32,000 nucleotides of DNA from contig NC_017262.1 in NCBI RefSeq assembly GCF_000175255.2, positions 1,530,001 to 1,562,000 of the forward strand. The letters run 5' to 3'. The notes under the pieces are model-generated. The model saw nothing but the letters and a program-made list of their open reading frames with translations, was not told where the DNA came from and made no database searches. Below, in pieces: positions 9,933-18,781 of this stretch. How positions within the stretch are numbered: the first letter of the stretch is position 1; each line of letters opens with the position of its first letter. The DNA is from Zymomonas mobilis subsp. mobilis ATCC 10988 (GTDB taxonomy: Bacteria; Pseudomonadota; Alphaproteobacteria; Sphingomonadales; Sphingomonadaceae). The position numbers and the translations under genes are program-made.

Positions 9933-11583
9933 GTCCTGAGCCTAGGATACGAGCGGCTTTTGCCTGCACCCAACCGGCTTGTTCCATAGCGTCGATCAGT
10001 TGTTCTTTCTGGCTACGAAATTCCGATTGTGTCGTTTTTTCCTTGGGAAAAGCTAAATCTGTCTTGTCTGATTCCGCATTGGATGCAGCCTGACAATGCT
10101 GGGCAGAAGGACATTCGCTTATCTCGCCTTCTGAACCATGATTTTTGCAGACATGCGGAGTCTTTTCTTCTTCGCGATGCCAGAAAATAGAGGACAGACA
10201 ATTGTCATTGTAACAGGTGAAATCTTCGGCGGTAATTTCTGTATTTCTGGCAAGAGTAGCTGTCCGCCGAATACAGTTTTCAAGCTCTCGGATATTACCC
10301 GGAAAATAACAATGGGACAGAACATCCAAGGCATTTTGATCAATGGTCAGATGGGTTTTGTTTTCCAGATTGAAATGCCGCAAGAATTCTTTCGCCAGCA
10401 GAGGAATATCTGACGGATGTTCACGCAAAGGGGGAAGAAAAATGGGAATGACGCTTAGGCGATAGTAAAGATCGGCTCTGAAATTGCCACGGCTGACCGC
10501 CTCTTCCAAATTGACATTGGTTGCCGCGATGACACGGACATTAACCTTTAAGGTTTTGGTGCCGCCAACCCGTTCAAATTCGCCTTCTTGTAAAACGCGT
10601 AATAATTTGGCCTGGAAATTGGGTGATATTTCGCCGATTTCATCCAGAAGAAGAGTGCCGCCATCTGCCAGCTCAAAACGGCCTTTCCGCATTTGGGCAG
10701 CGCCGGTAAAAGCCCCTTTTTCATGCCCGAATAATTCGGATTCCAGAACCGATTCCGGCAAGGCTGCACAGTTTAATTTGATAAAAGGCAGTTCTTTTCG
10801 GGGGGATGCCTGATGAATGGCTTGGGCGAAAAGTTCTTTCCCCGTGCCAGATTCTCCGCGTAGCAAGACTGTCACATTATTTTTGGCAATCAGATTGATT
10901 TTTTGGAGGATCGATCGAATGATTGGGCTGTCCCCGATAATACGGGGGTGAGGCATATCTTCTGCCTGCCGAGGAGCGGTATGGCTTGATTGCCGGAGCA
11001 GAAATTCATGTTCGCGCCGGATCATCTGATGCAGTCTTGCCGTTTGTCCCAAAAGAGCCGCAACCATCGATAACAGGCGGGCATCTCTATCCGGTGCCAG
11101 AGCCTCTCTTTCATTTCTGGGCGTCGGGCGGTCTATCAATAAAATACCGGAGACTTTATTCCGATCCAAAATCGGAACGCCGATGACGCAGCTTTTTTGA
11201 TTGATATGCCAAATATGAGACCGGCTATTTGAAAAATACGGGTCTTTGGAAATATCCCTGATGATGACTGGCATTTTGCCCGTCACAATTTGTCCGACAA
11301 TTTGTTCGGGGATAGAATCAAAATATATCTTGGCACCTTGCTGGTCACTTTTCGCACCAACCAGAATTTCAGCTTCCTGATCTTCATCAAAAAATGCAAT
11401 AATCGCATGATCGAGATCAATAAAGCTTTCAAGAACAGAAATGACCCGCTTGATAAGGGTGACCGTTTCCATCGGCGCACAGAGAATTTTTGAAATTTCA
11501 TAAAGGCCGAACAAGGCCATATCTGGCCAAGCCGTTCTGTTCCCTAGCGACATATCTTTATAAGCAAATTGTTTTGAAGGCAT
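9922..11583 (-). pseudogene. nifA: nifA, sigma-54-dependent nif activator, truncated by IS insertion (547 native codons plus 6 IS-encoded codons)
   Basis: The ORF has an N-terminal GAF-like region and an AAA+ domain with GESGTGKE (Walker A), GAFTGA and DEIGE. It carries an exact Cys-X11-Cys-X19-Cys-X4-Cys motif (C425, C437, C457, C462; 10198..10311). The C-terminus reads …EQAGWVQAKAARIL, then GSGLIL* read from the IS right end (native sequence ends at 9943). AGGGGA lies before ATG 11583 as an RBS. Confidence 0.9.
9933..9942. repeat. IS right terminal inverted repeat
   Basis: GTCCTGAGCC is the reverse complement of the left terminal repeat. Confidence 0.85.
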
Positions 11584-12122
11584 GGTCAGATCCCCTATTC
11601 TGTTATCTAAACGGGGGGAGAAATGGCTTTTGATGAGGTCGAAATTACTCGAGCTCTATTGAAAGTCAGGATAGCTCATCATCAACAAAGTGCAACAATA
11701 AAATAAATAAGAATCAATATATGGATTTTTATAAGATAAAAAATGCTTTAAATATAAATAAGTTACTAGCATTTAACACGCAGAATGAAAGCCGCCTATT
11801 TTTTATAGGATAGATATCAGGGGGGTTCGTCCTGTCCTTTGTCCGATTTTAAAATATCGAATTTTGGGAGAAAGATATTGTGTTAAATAAAATAATAACA
11901 AAATATTCATCTATGCTTTTATTAAAATTTAACATTGTAACTTAAAATTATAAAATTTTTTGAAATAGATATCATGATTATCTGGTTGTTTTTTTTACAT
12001 AGCCAATATTATTGAAATATAAAATTACAATCACTTATTTTTATATAATATTTTATTACTCGATGCTATTTGAGATAACTCTTTAGATTTTTCTTGCTTT
12101 TATCTTTGTATTTTTGAAATTT

Positions 12123-12141
12123 AATAATGATTATTACCTTC
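12123..12141 (+). promoter_or_regulatory. Fur-box-like site upstream of the second TonB-dependent receptor
   Basis: AATAATGATTATTACCTTC matches 13 of 19 positions of the Fur consensus, about 90 nt upstream of the ATG. Confidence 0.4.
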
Positions 12142-12231
12142 AATTTGTATATTTATATTTATTTCTATTTGATTTTTATAATAAAATTTTTAAAATTGCC
12201 CGATCATTGATATTTTTTGATGGGGCGGGTA

Positions 12232-14502
12232 ATGCAAAAAAGGCAATCCTATAAGACGCTGCTTTTATATTCTGCAATATTATCAATAGGATTGATGACC
12301 GAAAGCAAAGCGGAACCCCCCGTTGATTACAGTAAAAATGATTCTGTTTTGGATCGCGACTCTTCTCAAAATGATTCGAATAAAAAGAAGCCGTCGATAT
12401 CCCATCAGAAATCAGGGCAAGAGGTCGCTTCCGCACAAGACATCACCGTTAATGCCAAAATAGAAAACGGTACCGGAGCGAGAACCGCTTTACCGGTCGT
12501 CAATTTTGGCCCTTTGGGTGATATAAAGCCGGAAAACGCCCCTTTTTCAATTTTAAGTGTGCCTCATGATGTTATCCGCAACCAGCAAGCGCGGAATGTG
12601 AATGATTTGATGCAATATTTGCCTTCGGTGCAGCTGGAAATGCGCGGTGATCCGGGAACTTCCCGCCCTCAATCACGAGGCTTTGAAGCGGATGTGATTG
12701 CCAATAGCCGCATGGATGGTTTTAATATTGCGACCACCACGCCTTATGCTGCCGAGCAGTTTGAAAATCTCCAAGTTTTGAATGGGTTGGCCGGTGCGAT
12801 CTATGGCCCTCAAAATCCGGCAGGCACCTTTGAATATACGTTAAAAAGACCAACCACCGAAATGATGGAGGATTTTTCGGTCGGAATCGACTCCCGTGGC
12901 ACCGTAACTGAAGCCGCTGATATTTCAGGATCGACGGGTAAAAACAACTGGTTCGGCTATCGCGTCAATCTGGTGCATGGTGCCGGTTCCAACTATGTCC
13001 GAACAGGGCATATCAATCGTAATTTGGTGAGTGGCAGTTTCGACATCCATGTCGATCCCCAAACCGTTATCGAATTGAATGCCAGCCATTATGTCTATGA
13101 TATCAAAGGCGGCGCACCCGGATTTTCTTACAGTAACAATATTCAACTTCCAAAGGCGCCCGATCTTAGCACTCCTTATCTGGGGCAAAGCTATGCTGGA
13201 TATAACGCCCAGACAGATACGGCCTCTGGTAAAATCAAACATCAATTCGGTGACAATTGGAGCCTTGTTGCCGGAGGCTTATTTCAGAATGCGTGGCGGG
13301 ATGTCTTTGCCAATGCCAATACTTTGATTGATAATATAGGCGATTATAAACAGACGATTGCCTCGGCTGCCACGGCCTATCGATTTAAAATTGCCAGCAA
13401 TCTTGCCTATTTAAACGGGCATTTCCATACCGGATTTGTGCGTCATGATGTGGCTTTGGGTTCCAATGGCTATGTCATGAGCAATTATAACCCAACCAGT
13501 AGCCAGAGTTTTTCTTTAGGCACCAGCAATCTTTATAATCCTACCCGATTTGATGGCACGCGCCCCCGTTCCTCGGGTAGTTATCGTTCAGCCATTGCCC
13601 GCAATCAATCGCTGATTGTCAGCGATACGATTACCTTTAACAAGCATTGGTCGATCTTGGGTGCCTTTAGTTGGAGCTGGATGACATCTTCAAGCTGGAA
13701 TAAGGCCGGAACCCGTACTGCCCATAATTATACCCAAGGCGCTTTTAGCCCGAATACCAGCCTGATTTATCATCCTATTGAAAATCATACCGCTTATTTT
13801 ACATGGGGGCGCAGTATTCAGCAGGGCATGACGGCACCGGCTGGAAGTGCCAATGTCAGCCAGATTCTTAACCCTTATGAAAGCGAGCAATATGAGCTGG
13901 GCTATAAGGTGAAATGGCGCAATTTGTCCTTGAATATCGACGGTTTCAGAATGACCCGACCTTATGCCTATGTCGATACAACCACGAATGTTTATGGCAT
14001 GTATGGCACCCAGCGGAATTGGGGTTTTGAATTCCAGATGGCGGGTCATATCCGTCATGACCTGTCGGTATTGGGTGGGGTGACATGGCTGGATGCCAAA
14101 GTCGGTTCGACGGGCAATCTGACAACTTCCCACAAGGAAATTGTCGGGGTGCCACCTGTCCAGTCGAATATTCTGATTGATTATACTTTGCCATTTTCAA
14201 AAGAGAGTTTGGCAAATGGTTTGGCGATTAACGGGAGCGTCCGTTACACTGGAACGCGGGCGGCGAATAACACCAATACGACATATGCGCCCCAATTCGT
14301 AACGGCGAATATTGGTATCCGCTATCCTTTCAAAATGGCGAATAAACCTTGGGTTGCCCGTTTTACCGTCAATAATATCATGAACGAACATTATTGGGCT
14401 TCGGTCTATCCATCTTCTATCAATGGGGCTGCCGGAGGCACCAACAGTGCTTATGCCGGTTTACCGCGAACCTATTCCTTTACTTTGGAATGCACCCTTT
14501 AG
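12232..14502 (+). CDS. TonB-dependent outer-membrane receptor (about 756 aa)
   Basis: It has a signal peptide (MQKRQSYKTLLLYSAILSIGLMTESKA), a low-complexity linker, a TonB-box-like DITVNAK, plug motifs (RGF…, NLQVLNGLAGAIYGPQNPAGT) and a long barrel. The start is uncertain (12217 TTG, 12220 ATG or 12232 ATG). Confidence 0.8.
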   Translation: MQKRQSYKTLLLYSAILSIGLMTESKAEPPVDYSKNDSVLDRDSSQNDSNKKKPSISHQKSGQEVASAQDITVNAKIENGTGARTALPVVNFGPLGDIKPENAPFSILSVPHDVIRNQQARNVNDLMQYLPSVQLEMRGDPGTSRPQSRGFEADVIANSRMDGFNIATTTPYAAEQFENLQVLNGLAGAIYGPQNPAGTFEYTLKRPTTEMMEDFSVGIDSRGTVTEAADISGSTGKNNWFGYRVNLVHGAGSNYVRTGHINRNLVSGSFDIHVDPQTVIELNASHYVYDIKGGAPGFSYSNNIQLPKAPDLSTPYLGQSYAGYNAQTDTASGKIKHQFGDNWSLVAGGLFQNAWRDVFANANTLIDNIGDYKQTIASAATAYRFKIASNLAYLNGHFHTGFVRHDVALGSNGYVMSNYNPTSSQSFSLGTSNLYNPTRFDGTRPRSSGSYRSAIARNQSLIVSDTITFNKHWSILGAFSWSWMTSSSWNKAGTRTAHNYTQGAFSPNTSLIYHPIENHTAYFTWGRSIQQGMTAPAGSANVSQILNPYESEQYELGYKVKWRNLSLNIDGFRMTRPYAYVDTTTNVYGMYGTQRNWGFEFQMAGHIRHDLSVLGGVTWLDAKVGSTGNLTTSHKEIVGVPPVQSNILIDYTLPFSKESLANGLAINGSVRYTGTRAANNTNTTYAPQFVTANIGIRYPFKMANKPWVARFTVNNIMNEHYWASVYPSSINGAAGGTNSAYAGLPRTYSFTLECTL

Positions 14503-14535
14503 GGAGTCGTTCTTCTTTTCCTCGCTCATGATGTC

Positions 14536-14580
14536 AAAAGCCAAGCGGGTATTTTTTGGAATATCCGGCTTGGCTTTTCT
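14536..14580 (+). terminator. Rho-independent terminator after the receptor gene
   Basis: AAAAGCCAAGC…GCTTGGCTTTT forms a stem of about 10 bp followed by a T-run. Confidence 0.7.
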
Positions 14581-14757
14581 AATTATTAAAAAGCGTCAAG
14601 ACGCGGATTCCGCTCTTGTCTTTTTATAAAAGATTTACTTGTCGCTTTTTTGTGAAATCTTTTTCAAAAATTCTTGTTGTCGGCAGAGTTTAATTTCAAA
14701 AATCTCTTGAACTTTTTACGGAAAGGCTTTCTTTTCAGCGACATAATGTGTTTGTTT

Positions 14758-14773
14758 TGTCACTTTTGCGACA
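14758..14773 (+). promoter_or_regulatory. NifA UAS (TGT-N10-ACA) for the rnf operon
   Basis: The sequence is TGTCACTTTTGCGACA, centred about 73 bp upstream of the -24 GG. Confidence 0.7.
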
Positions 14774-14806
14774 ATAAATGCCGAGAAAAGGCGCATTTGC
14801 TCTGAA

Positions 14807-14820
14807 AAATCACCAATTTA
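14807..14820 (+). promoter_or_regulatory. Possible IHF site between the rnf UAS and promoter
   Basis: AAATCACCAATTTA fits WATCAANNNNTTR with one mismatch. Its position between the UAS and the -24/-12 element is typical for IHF-assisted looping. Confidence 0.25.
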
Positions 14821-14836
14821 GCGCTAAATATAAGAG

Positions 14837-14852
14837 TGGCATAAGATTTGCT
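14837..14852 (+). promoter_or_regulatory. Sigma-54 (-24/-12) promoter of rnfABCDGEH
   Basis: TGGCAT-AAGAT-TTGCT lies about 120 nt upstream of the rnfA start. Confidence 0.8.
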
Positions 14853-14970
14853 CAAAAAATTTACAAAGAACCCATTCCATATTTCGTCTGTCAGTTGATA
14901 TATCCGGCGGGAATATGAACAAGGGGGCGTAGCTTTTCGCCTTCAGACCTCCTGAGGAAGGAATAAAACA

Positions 14971-15552
14971 GTGACGGATATACTACTTCTGGTGGTAAGT
15001 GCCTGTCTGGTCAACAATGTTATTCTAACGCGCTTTTTAGGTTTATGTTCCTTTATGGGTGTAACTACGCGCGTTGATACTGCTGTCGGGATGGGGGCGG
15101 CCTGCACCTTTGTTATTACCACCTCTTCTATGGCAAGTTGGGCTTTGGAGCATTGGTTACTCGCCCCCTTTGGTCTGGGATATCTTCGGACGGTCACTTT
15201 TATTCTGATTATCGCTTCGGCGGTTCAGCTGACGGAATCGTTTTTTCGTAAATTCTCGCCGACTTTGTTTCGGCTTTTGGGCATTTATCTGCCGCTTATC
15301 ACAACCAATTGTGCCGTTTTGGGCATTACCTTGCTGTTGGTAGAACAGCATTATGGATTTGTGGACAGCACGGTTTTCGCTTTTGCTTCCTCGGTTGGAT
15401 ACAGCCTCGTTATGGTGCTGTTTGCGGGATTACGTGAAAGATTGGCGTTATCGGTAACGCCTCGTTTATTTGAAGGCCCTCCTATCGGTTTTGTGACGGC
15501 AAGTTTGCTGGCGCTGGCTTTTATGGGTTTTTCTGGAATGTCTGTCCACTAG
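14971..15552 (+). CDS. rnfA: Rnf electron-transport complex subunit A (193 aa, GTG start)
   Basis: MTDILLLVVSACLVNNVILTRFLGLCSFMGV is a typical RnfA/NqrE-like polytopic membrane protein. GGAAGGA lies upstream as an RBS. Confidence 0.9.
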   Translation: MTDILLLVVSACLVNNVILTRFLGLCSFMGVTTRVDTAVGMGAACTFVITTSSMASWALEHWLLAPFGLGYLRTVTFILIIASAVQLTESFFRKFSPTLFRLLGIYLPLITTNCAVLGITLLLVEQHYGFVDSTVFAFASSVGYSLVMVLFAGLRERLALSVTPRLFEGPPIGFVTASLLALAFMGFSGMSVH

Positions 15553-15568
15553 ACGGGAAGAAAGAACG

Positions 15569-16231
15569 ATGTTGATAGCCATTATAAGCCTGACTGTCAT
15601 GGGGCTGGCACTTGGCCTGATGCTGGGGCTGTCCTCGAAATTGCTGCGGGTAGAAGAAGATCCGATTGAAGGCCAGTTACAGGCTTTGTTGCCGGGATCA
15701 CAATGCGGGCAATGCGGTTATGTCGGCTGTTCACAATATGCGGCCGCTTTGGCGCATGATGGCGCGCCTGTAACCCAATGCACCCCTGGGGGTAGAAGTG
15801 TTGCTGAAGCCTTGGCCAAGGCCTTGGGTGTCAGCCTTGATCTGTCACAAGCGGAAGATATTGGCCCCAAAACCGCTTTGATCCATGAAGATTTATGTAT
15901 CGGATGCACGGCCTGTATTCGCGATTGTTCCAGTGATGCCATTATCGGGGCGGCGCGTCAGGTGCATACGATTATTCCTGATGTCTGCCATGGTTGCAGC
16001 AAATGTGAAACGGCTTGTCCGACGGGGGCTATCGAAATGGTGCCGGTGGCGGTCACGTTGGACAACTGGCATTGGGATAAACCCAATCTGGCAATACAGG
16101 ATAGTTTAGCTAATCCAGCCTTTGCGGCGCAGGCATTGGCCAATCGGATAACGGATGAATCCGATGGTGGACAGGGTAAAGCCTATAAAGCTTCTCTTGA
16201 AAAAGAAGCCGAAGAAGAAAGCTTGGGCTAG
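15569..16231 (+). CDS. rnfB: Rnf complex subunit B, Fe-S protein (220 aa)
   Basis: It has an N-terminal TM helix, a CGQCGYVGC…C cluster motif, two ferredoxin CxxCxxCxxxC(P) motifs and an acidic C-terminal extension. Confidence 0.9.
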   Translation: MLIAIISLTVMGLALGLMLGLSSKLLRVEEDPIEGQLQALLPGSQCGQCGYVGCSQYAAALAHDGAPVTQCTPGGRSVAEALAKALGVSLDLSQAEDIGPKTALIHEDLCIGCTACIRDCSSDAIIGAARQVHTIIPDVCHGCSKCETACPTGAIEMVPVAVTLDNWHWDKPNLAIQDSLANPAFAAQALANRITDESDGGQGKAYKASLEKEAEEESLG

Positions 16232-16241
16232 GGGAGCAGAG

Positions 16242-17705
16242 ATGAAATTATTTTCAGTCCGTGGGGGTATCCATCCCAGTTATCGGAAACAGGCGACTAC
16301 AGCTAAAAAGATAGAGCCTTTGCCGATTGTGCCATTCTATTTTCTGCCTTTGCGGCAACATTCCGGCGCTCCGGCGGAAGCGGTTGTTAATATTGGTGAC
16401 CATGTTGGGAAGGGGCAACTTTTGGCGGCTCCGGCTGGCCGGATATCCGCGCCTATTCATGCTCCAACCTCTGGTATTATTCGGGCAATCCAGAATATGA
16501 CCGCGCCTCATCCTTCCGGTTTGCCGGGGATGACGATGGTTTTGGAAGCGGATGGCAAAGATAGCTGGGCGGAATTACCCGAAGCCTATAGTGATCCTTT
16601 CGCCGTCGATCCGCAGTTAATTCGTGAACGGGTGGCTTGGGCTGGCGTTGTTGGTTTGGGTGGCGCGGCTTTTCCGGCAGCTGTCAAATTAGAACAGAGC
16701 AGCCAGAAACCCATTAAAATGGTGGTGCTGAATGGTGCCGAATGCGAACCCTATCTGACGGGCGATGATCGGGTAATGCAGGAATATGCCGATGAAGTTA
16801 TTTCCGGCGGCCGTCTGATTGCCCATGCGGTAGGTGCGCCGAAGGTCGTGATCGGGATTGAGCGGAACAAGCCCGAAGCGATCGCGATAATGAAAAAGAC
16901 CGCCGAAGCCTATGACAATGTCGAGATCGCGGATTTACCGGCGCAATATCCGGTAGGTTCTGCCCGTCATTTGGTGCAAGCCTTGACCGGTCTAGAAATT
17001 TCAGCCCGCACCCGTATCGCTGATGTTGGGGTTCTGGTTCAAAATGTCGGGACTGCTCGCGCGGTTTGGCGTTCTGCCCGTTATGGCGAGCCGCTTATCT
17101 CGCGTATTGTGACGGTTTCTGGCGGCGGCATGAATGACCCGAAAACATTAGATGCACCGATTGGGTCACCGGTTAAAGCCTTGATTGATTTCTGCGGCGG
17201 CATGAATGAAAAAGCCGAACAGATCGTCACCGGAGGCCCTTTGATGGGGGTCGGCCTGCCGAATATTGATGTTCCGGTTATCAAAGGCACCGCCGGTATT
17301 TTGGCTTTGACTTCCGAAGAAATGGATCATCGCCCAACCGAAGCCTGTTTGCGTTGTGGCCGTTGCGTTGATGTTTGCCCTTGTGGTCTAAGTCCGGTTG
17401 AAATGGCCAGTTTGATCCGGCGTGATAAATTGGAAGAAGTTGAAAAGCTTCAGGTGATGGACTGCTTTTCTTGCGGTTCCTGTTCTTATGTTTGTCCGTC
17501 CCATTTGCCTTTGGTGCAATATTTCAACTATGCCAAGGGCGAAATCTGGAATCGGCGTGACGAAGAGAGAAAACAGAACAAGATCAAGGCCTTGGCCGCT
17601 GCCAAAGAGGCGCGTCTGGCTGAAGTCTTGCGCCAGAGGCAACTTGCGGCAGAGCGGGCGAAAGCCGCCAAAGCTGCCGCCAATAAAGAGGAAAAGGCAG
17701 TTTAA
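16242..17705 (+). CDS. rnfC: Rnf complex subunit C (487 aa)
   Basis: MKLFSVRGGIHP…, GLGGAAFP (NADH/FMN site), and two 4Fe-4S motifs (CLRCGRCVDVCP, CFSCGSCSYVCP) are present, with a Lys/Ala-rich tail. I chose ATG 16242 (GGGGAG RBS) because the track start at 16155 overlaps rnfB. Confidence 0.9.
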   Translation: MKLFSVRGGIHPSYRKQATTAKKIEPLPIVPFYFLPLRQHSGAPAEAVVNIGDHVGKGQLLAAPAGRISAPIHAPTSGIIRAIQNMTAPHPSGLPGMTMVLEADGKDSWAELPEAYSDPFAVDPQLIRERVAWAGVVGLGGAAFPAAVKLEQSSQKPIKMVVLNGAECEPYLTGDDRVMQEYADEVISGGRLIAHAVGAPKVVIGIERNKPEAIAIMKKTAEAYDNVEIADLPAQYPVGSARHLVQALTGLEISARTRIADVGVLVQNVGTARAVWRSARYGEPLISRIVTVSGGGMNDPKTLDAPIGSPVKALIDFCGGMNEKAEQIVTGGPLMGVGLPNIDVPVIKGTAGILALTSEEMDHRPTEACLRCGRCVDVCPCGLSPVEMASLIRRDKLEEVEKLQVMDCFSCGSCSYVCPSHLPLVQYFNYAKGEIWNRRDEERKQNKIKALAAAKEARLAEVLRQRQLAAERAKAAKAAANKEEKAV

Positions 17706-18781
17706 TGAGTGGCAGTATCGCAATCAGCGGGCCCTTTACCCATGCGGATAACAGTGTCTCGCGCACCATGCAGACGGTTATGCTGGCGCTTGTTCCAGCG
17801 ACCTTGTTTGATCTTTGGCTGTTTGGCTGGCCTGCCATTTTCCTTTTTGGTCTGACTATTCTTTTCTGTCTTTTGATTGAGGCGGGATGCCTGATGCTGG
17901 CAAAACGTCCGGTGCTTCCGGCGTTAAAAGATGGTTCTGCGATTTTAAGCGGCTGGCTTATTGCGATGAGTTTACCGCCTTGGGCACCTTGGTGGATTGC
18001 TTTATTGGGGGCTATTTTCGCGATTGCTTTGGCAAAACAGGTTTTTGGTGGTTTGGGACAAAATTTGTTTAACCCTGCCATGGTTGCCCGTGTCGCTTTG
18101 CTGATTTCTTTTCCGTTACAAATGACGCAATTTGCTGCCCCACATCCCTTATTGACTGCCCATGCGCCAGATATTCTGACAGGGCTAAAAATTACTTTGG
18201 GTTGTGAAGGTAATCTGGATTCTTTGTCGGCGGCTTCTGCGCTGGGTCATATCAAAACTGAATTGACGCGGGGGATTCCGGTCACCCGCACGGTTCAGAC
18301 CTTGCCCGGATTAAAAGATATGCTGTTGGGGATTAAGCCCGGTTCTATGGGTGAAACCTCGGCAATCTTTATTCTGTTAGGGGGTCTGTTCTTGATGTGG
18401 CGGCGGATTATTAGCTGGCATATTCCGGTTTCAATGTTGTTGACGCTGTTTTTATTGGGAAGTCTGTTTTCAGCTATCAATCCGGCACGCTTTGCTTCTG
18501 GTCTTATTGAATTGCTGTCCGGTGCTTCGATGCTGGGCGCGTTCTTTATTGCAACCGATTATGTCACCTCTCCGGTATCGAAAAAAGGTCAGGTCATATT
18601 CGGCTTTGGGGTAGGCTTCCTGACATGGATTATTCGTAGCTTTGCCGGTTATCCAGAAGGGGTGGCCTTTGCCGTGTTGCTGATGAATGCGACGACCCCC
18701 ATCATCGACCACTATAGCCGCCCTCGTGTGTTCGGTCGCACTCGCCAAGGACAACCGGTGGCATTTGGGGACAAGAAATGA
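17705..18781 (+). CDS. rnfD: Rnf complex subunit D (358 aa)
   Basis: It is a polytopic NqrB/RnfD-like membrane protein. Its start overlaps the rnfC stop (TAATG). Confidence 0.9.
   Translation: MSGSIAISGPFTHADNSVSRTMQTVMLALVPATLFDLWLFGWPAIFLFGLTILFCLLIEAGCLMLAKRPVLPALKDGSAILSGWLIAMSLPPWAPWWIALLGAIFAIALAKQVFGGLGQNLFNPAMVARVALLISFPLQMTQFAAPHPLLTAHAPDILTGLKITLGCEGNLDSLSAASALGHIKTELTRGIPVTRTVQTLPGLKDMLLGIKPGSMGETSAIFILLGGLFLMWRRIISWHIPVSMLLTLFLLGSLFSAINPARFASGLIELLSGASMLGAFFIATDYVTSPVSKKGQVIFGFGVGFLTWIIRSFAGYPEGVAFAVLLMNATTPIIDHYSRPRVFGRTRQGQPVAFGDKK

Larger units (their letters stand above)
9096..9942 (+). mobile_element. IS5-family (IS427-group-like) insertion sequence, 847 bp, inserted in nifA
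   Basis: It has perfect 10-bp terminal inverted repeats GGCTCAGGAC (9096..9105 and the reverse complement of 9933..9942), with further imperfect similarity (TTCTTGAG / TTCTTTGAG). TA is directly repeated at 9094..9095 and 9943..9944 within a reconstructed CTAG target. A two-frame DDE transposase lies inside. Confidence 0.9.

Noticed and set aside
9610-9939. A 109-aa plus-strand ORF inside the IS, as a candidate second transposase gene.
   Set aside because: It is in the wrong frame. The frame that encodes recognisable DDE transposase sequence (GRTKGGLNSKLHAV…GDRGYDS…) is the -1 frame relative to OrfA. That frame has no start codon, consistent with frameshift fusion.
11631-11644. TTGATGAGGTCGAA as an FNR/FixK box upstream of nifA.
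   Set aside because: Only one half-site matches TTGAT-N4-ATCAA. Its position would leave a leader of about 13 nt. The evidence is too weak to call.
11584-12216. A CRISPR array or tandem-repeat structure in the AT-rich spacers.
   Set aside because: Only low-complexity A/T runs and short palindromes are present. No regularly spaced direct repeats were seen anywhere in the window.
13690-14133. A 147-aa minus-strand ORF inside the second TonB-dependent receptor gene.
   Set aside because: It lies antisense within a long, well-supported receptor ORF and shows no recognisable motifs or RBS.
16155-16241. The upstream-extended start for rnfC. The same question applies to rnfE (19370..19477), ihfB (26801..26914) and nifB (8820..8840).
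   Set aside because: The extensions overlap the preceding gene or non-conserved sequence. The internal ATGs have RBS-like purine tracts and match conserved family N-termini.
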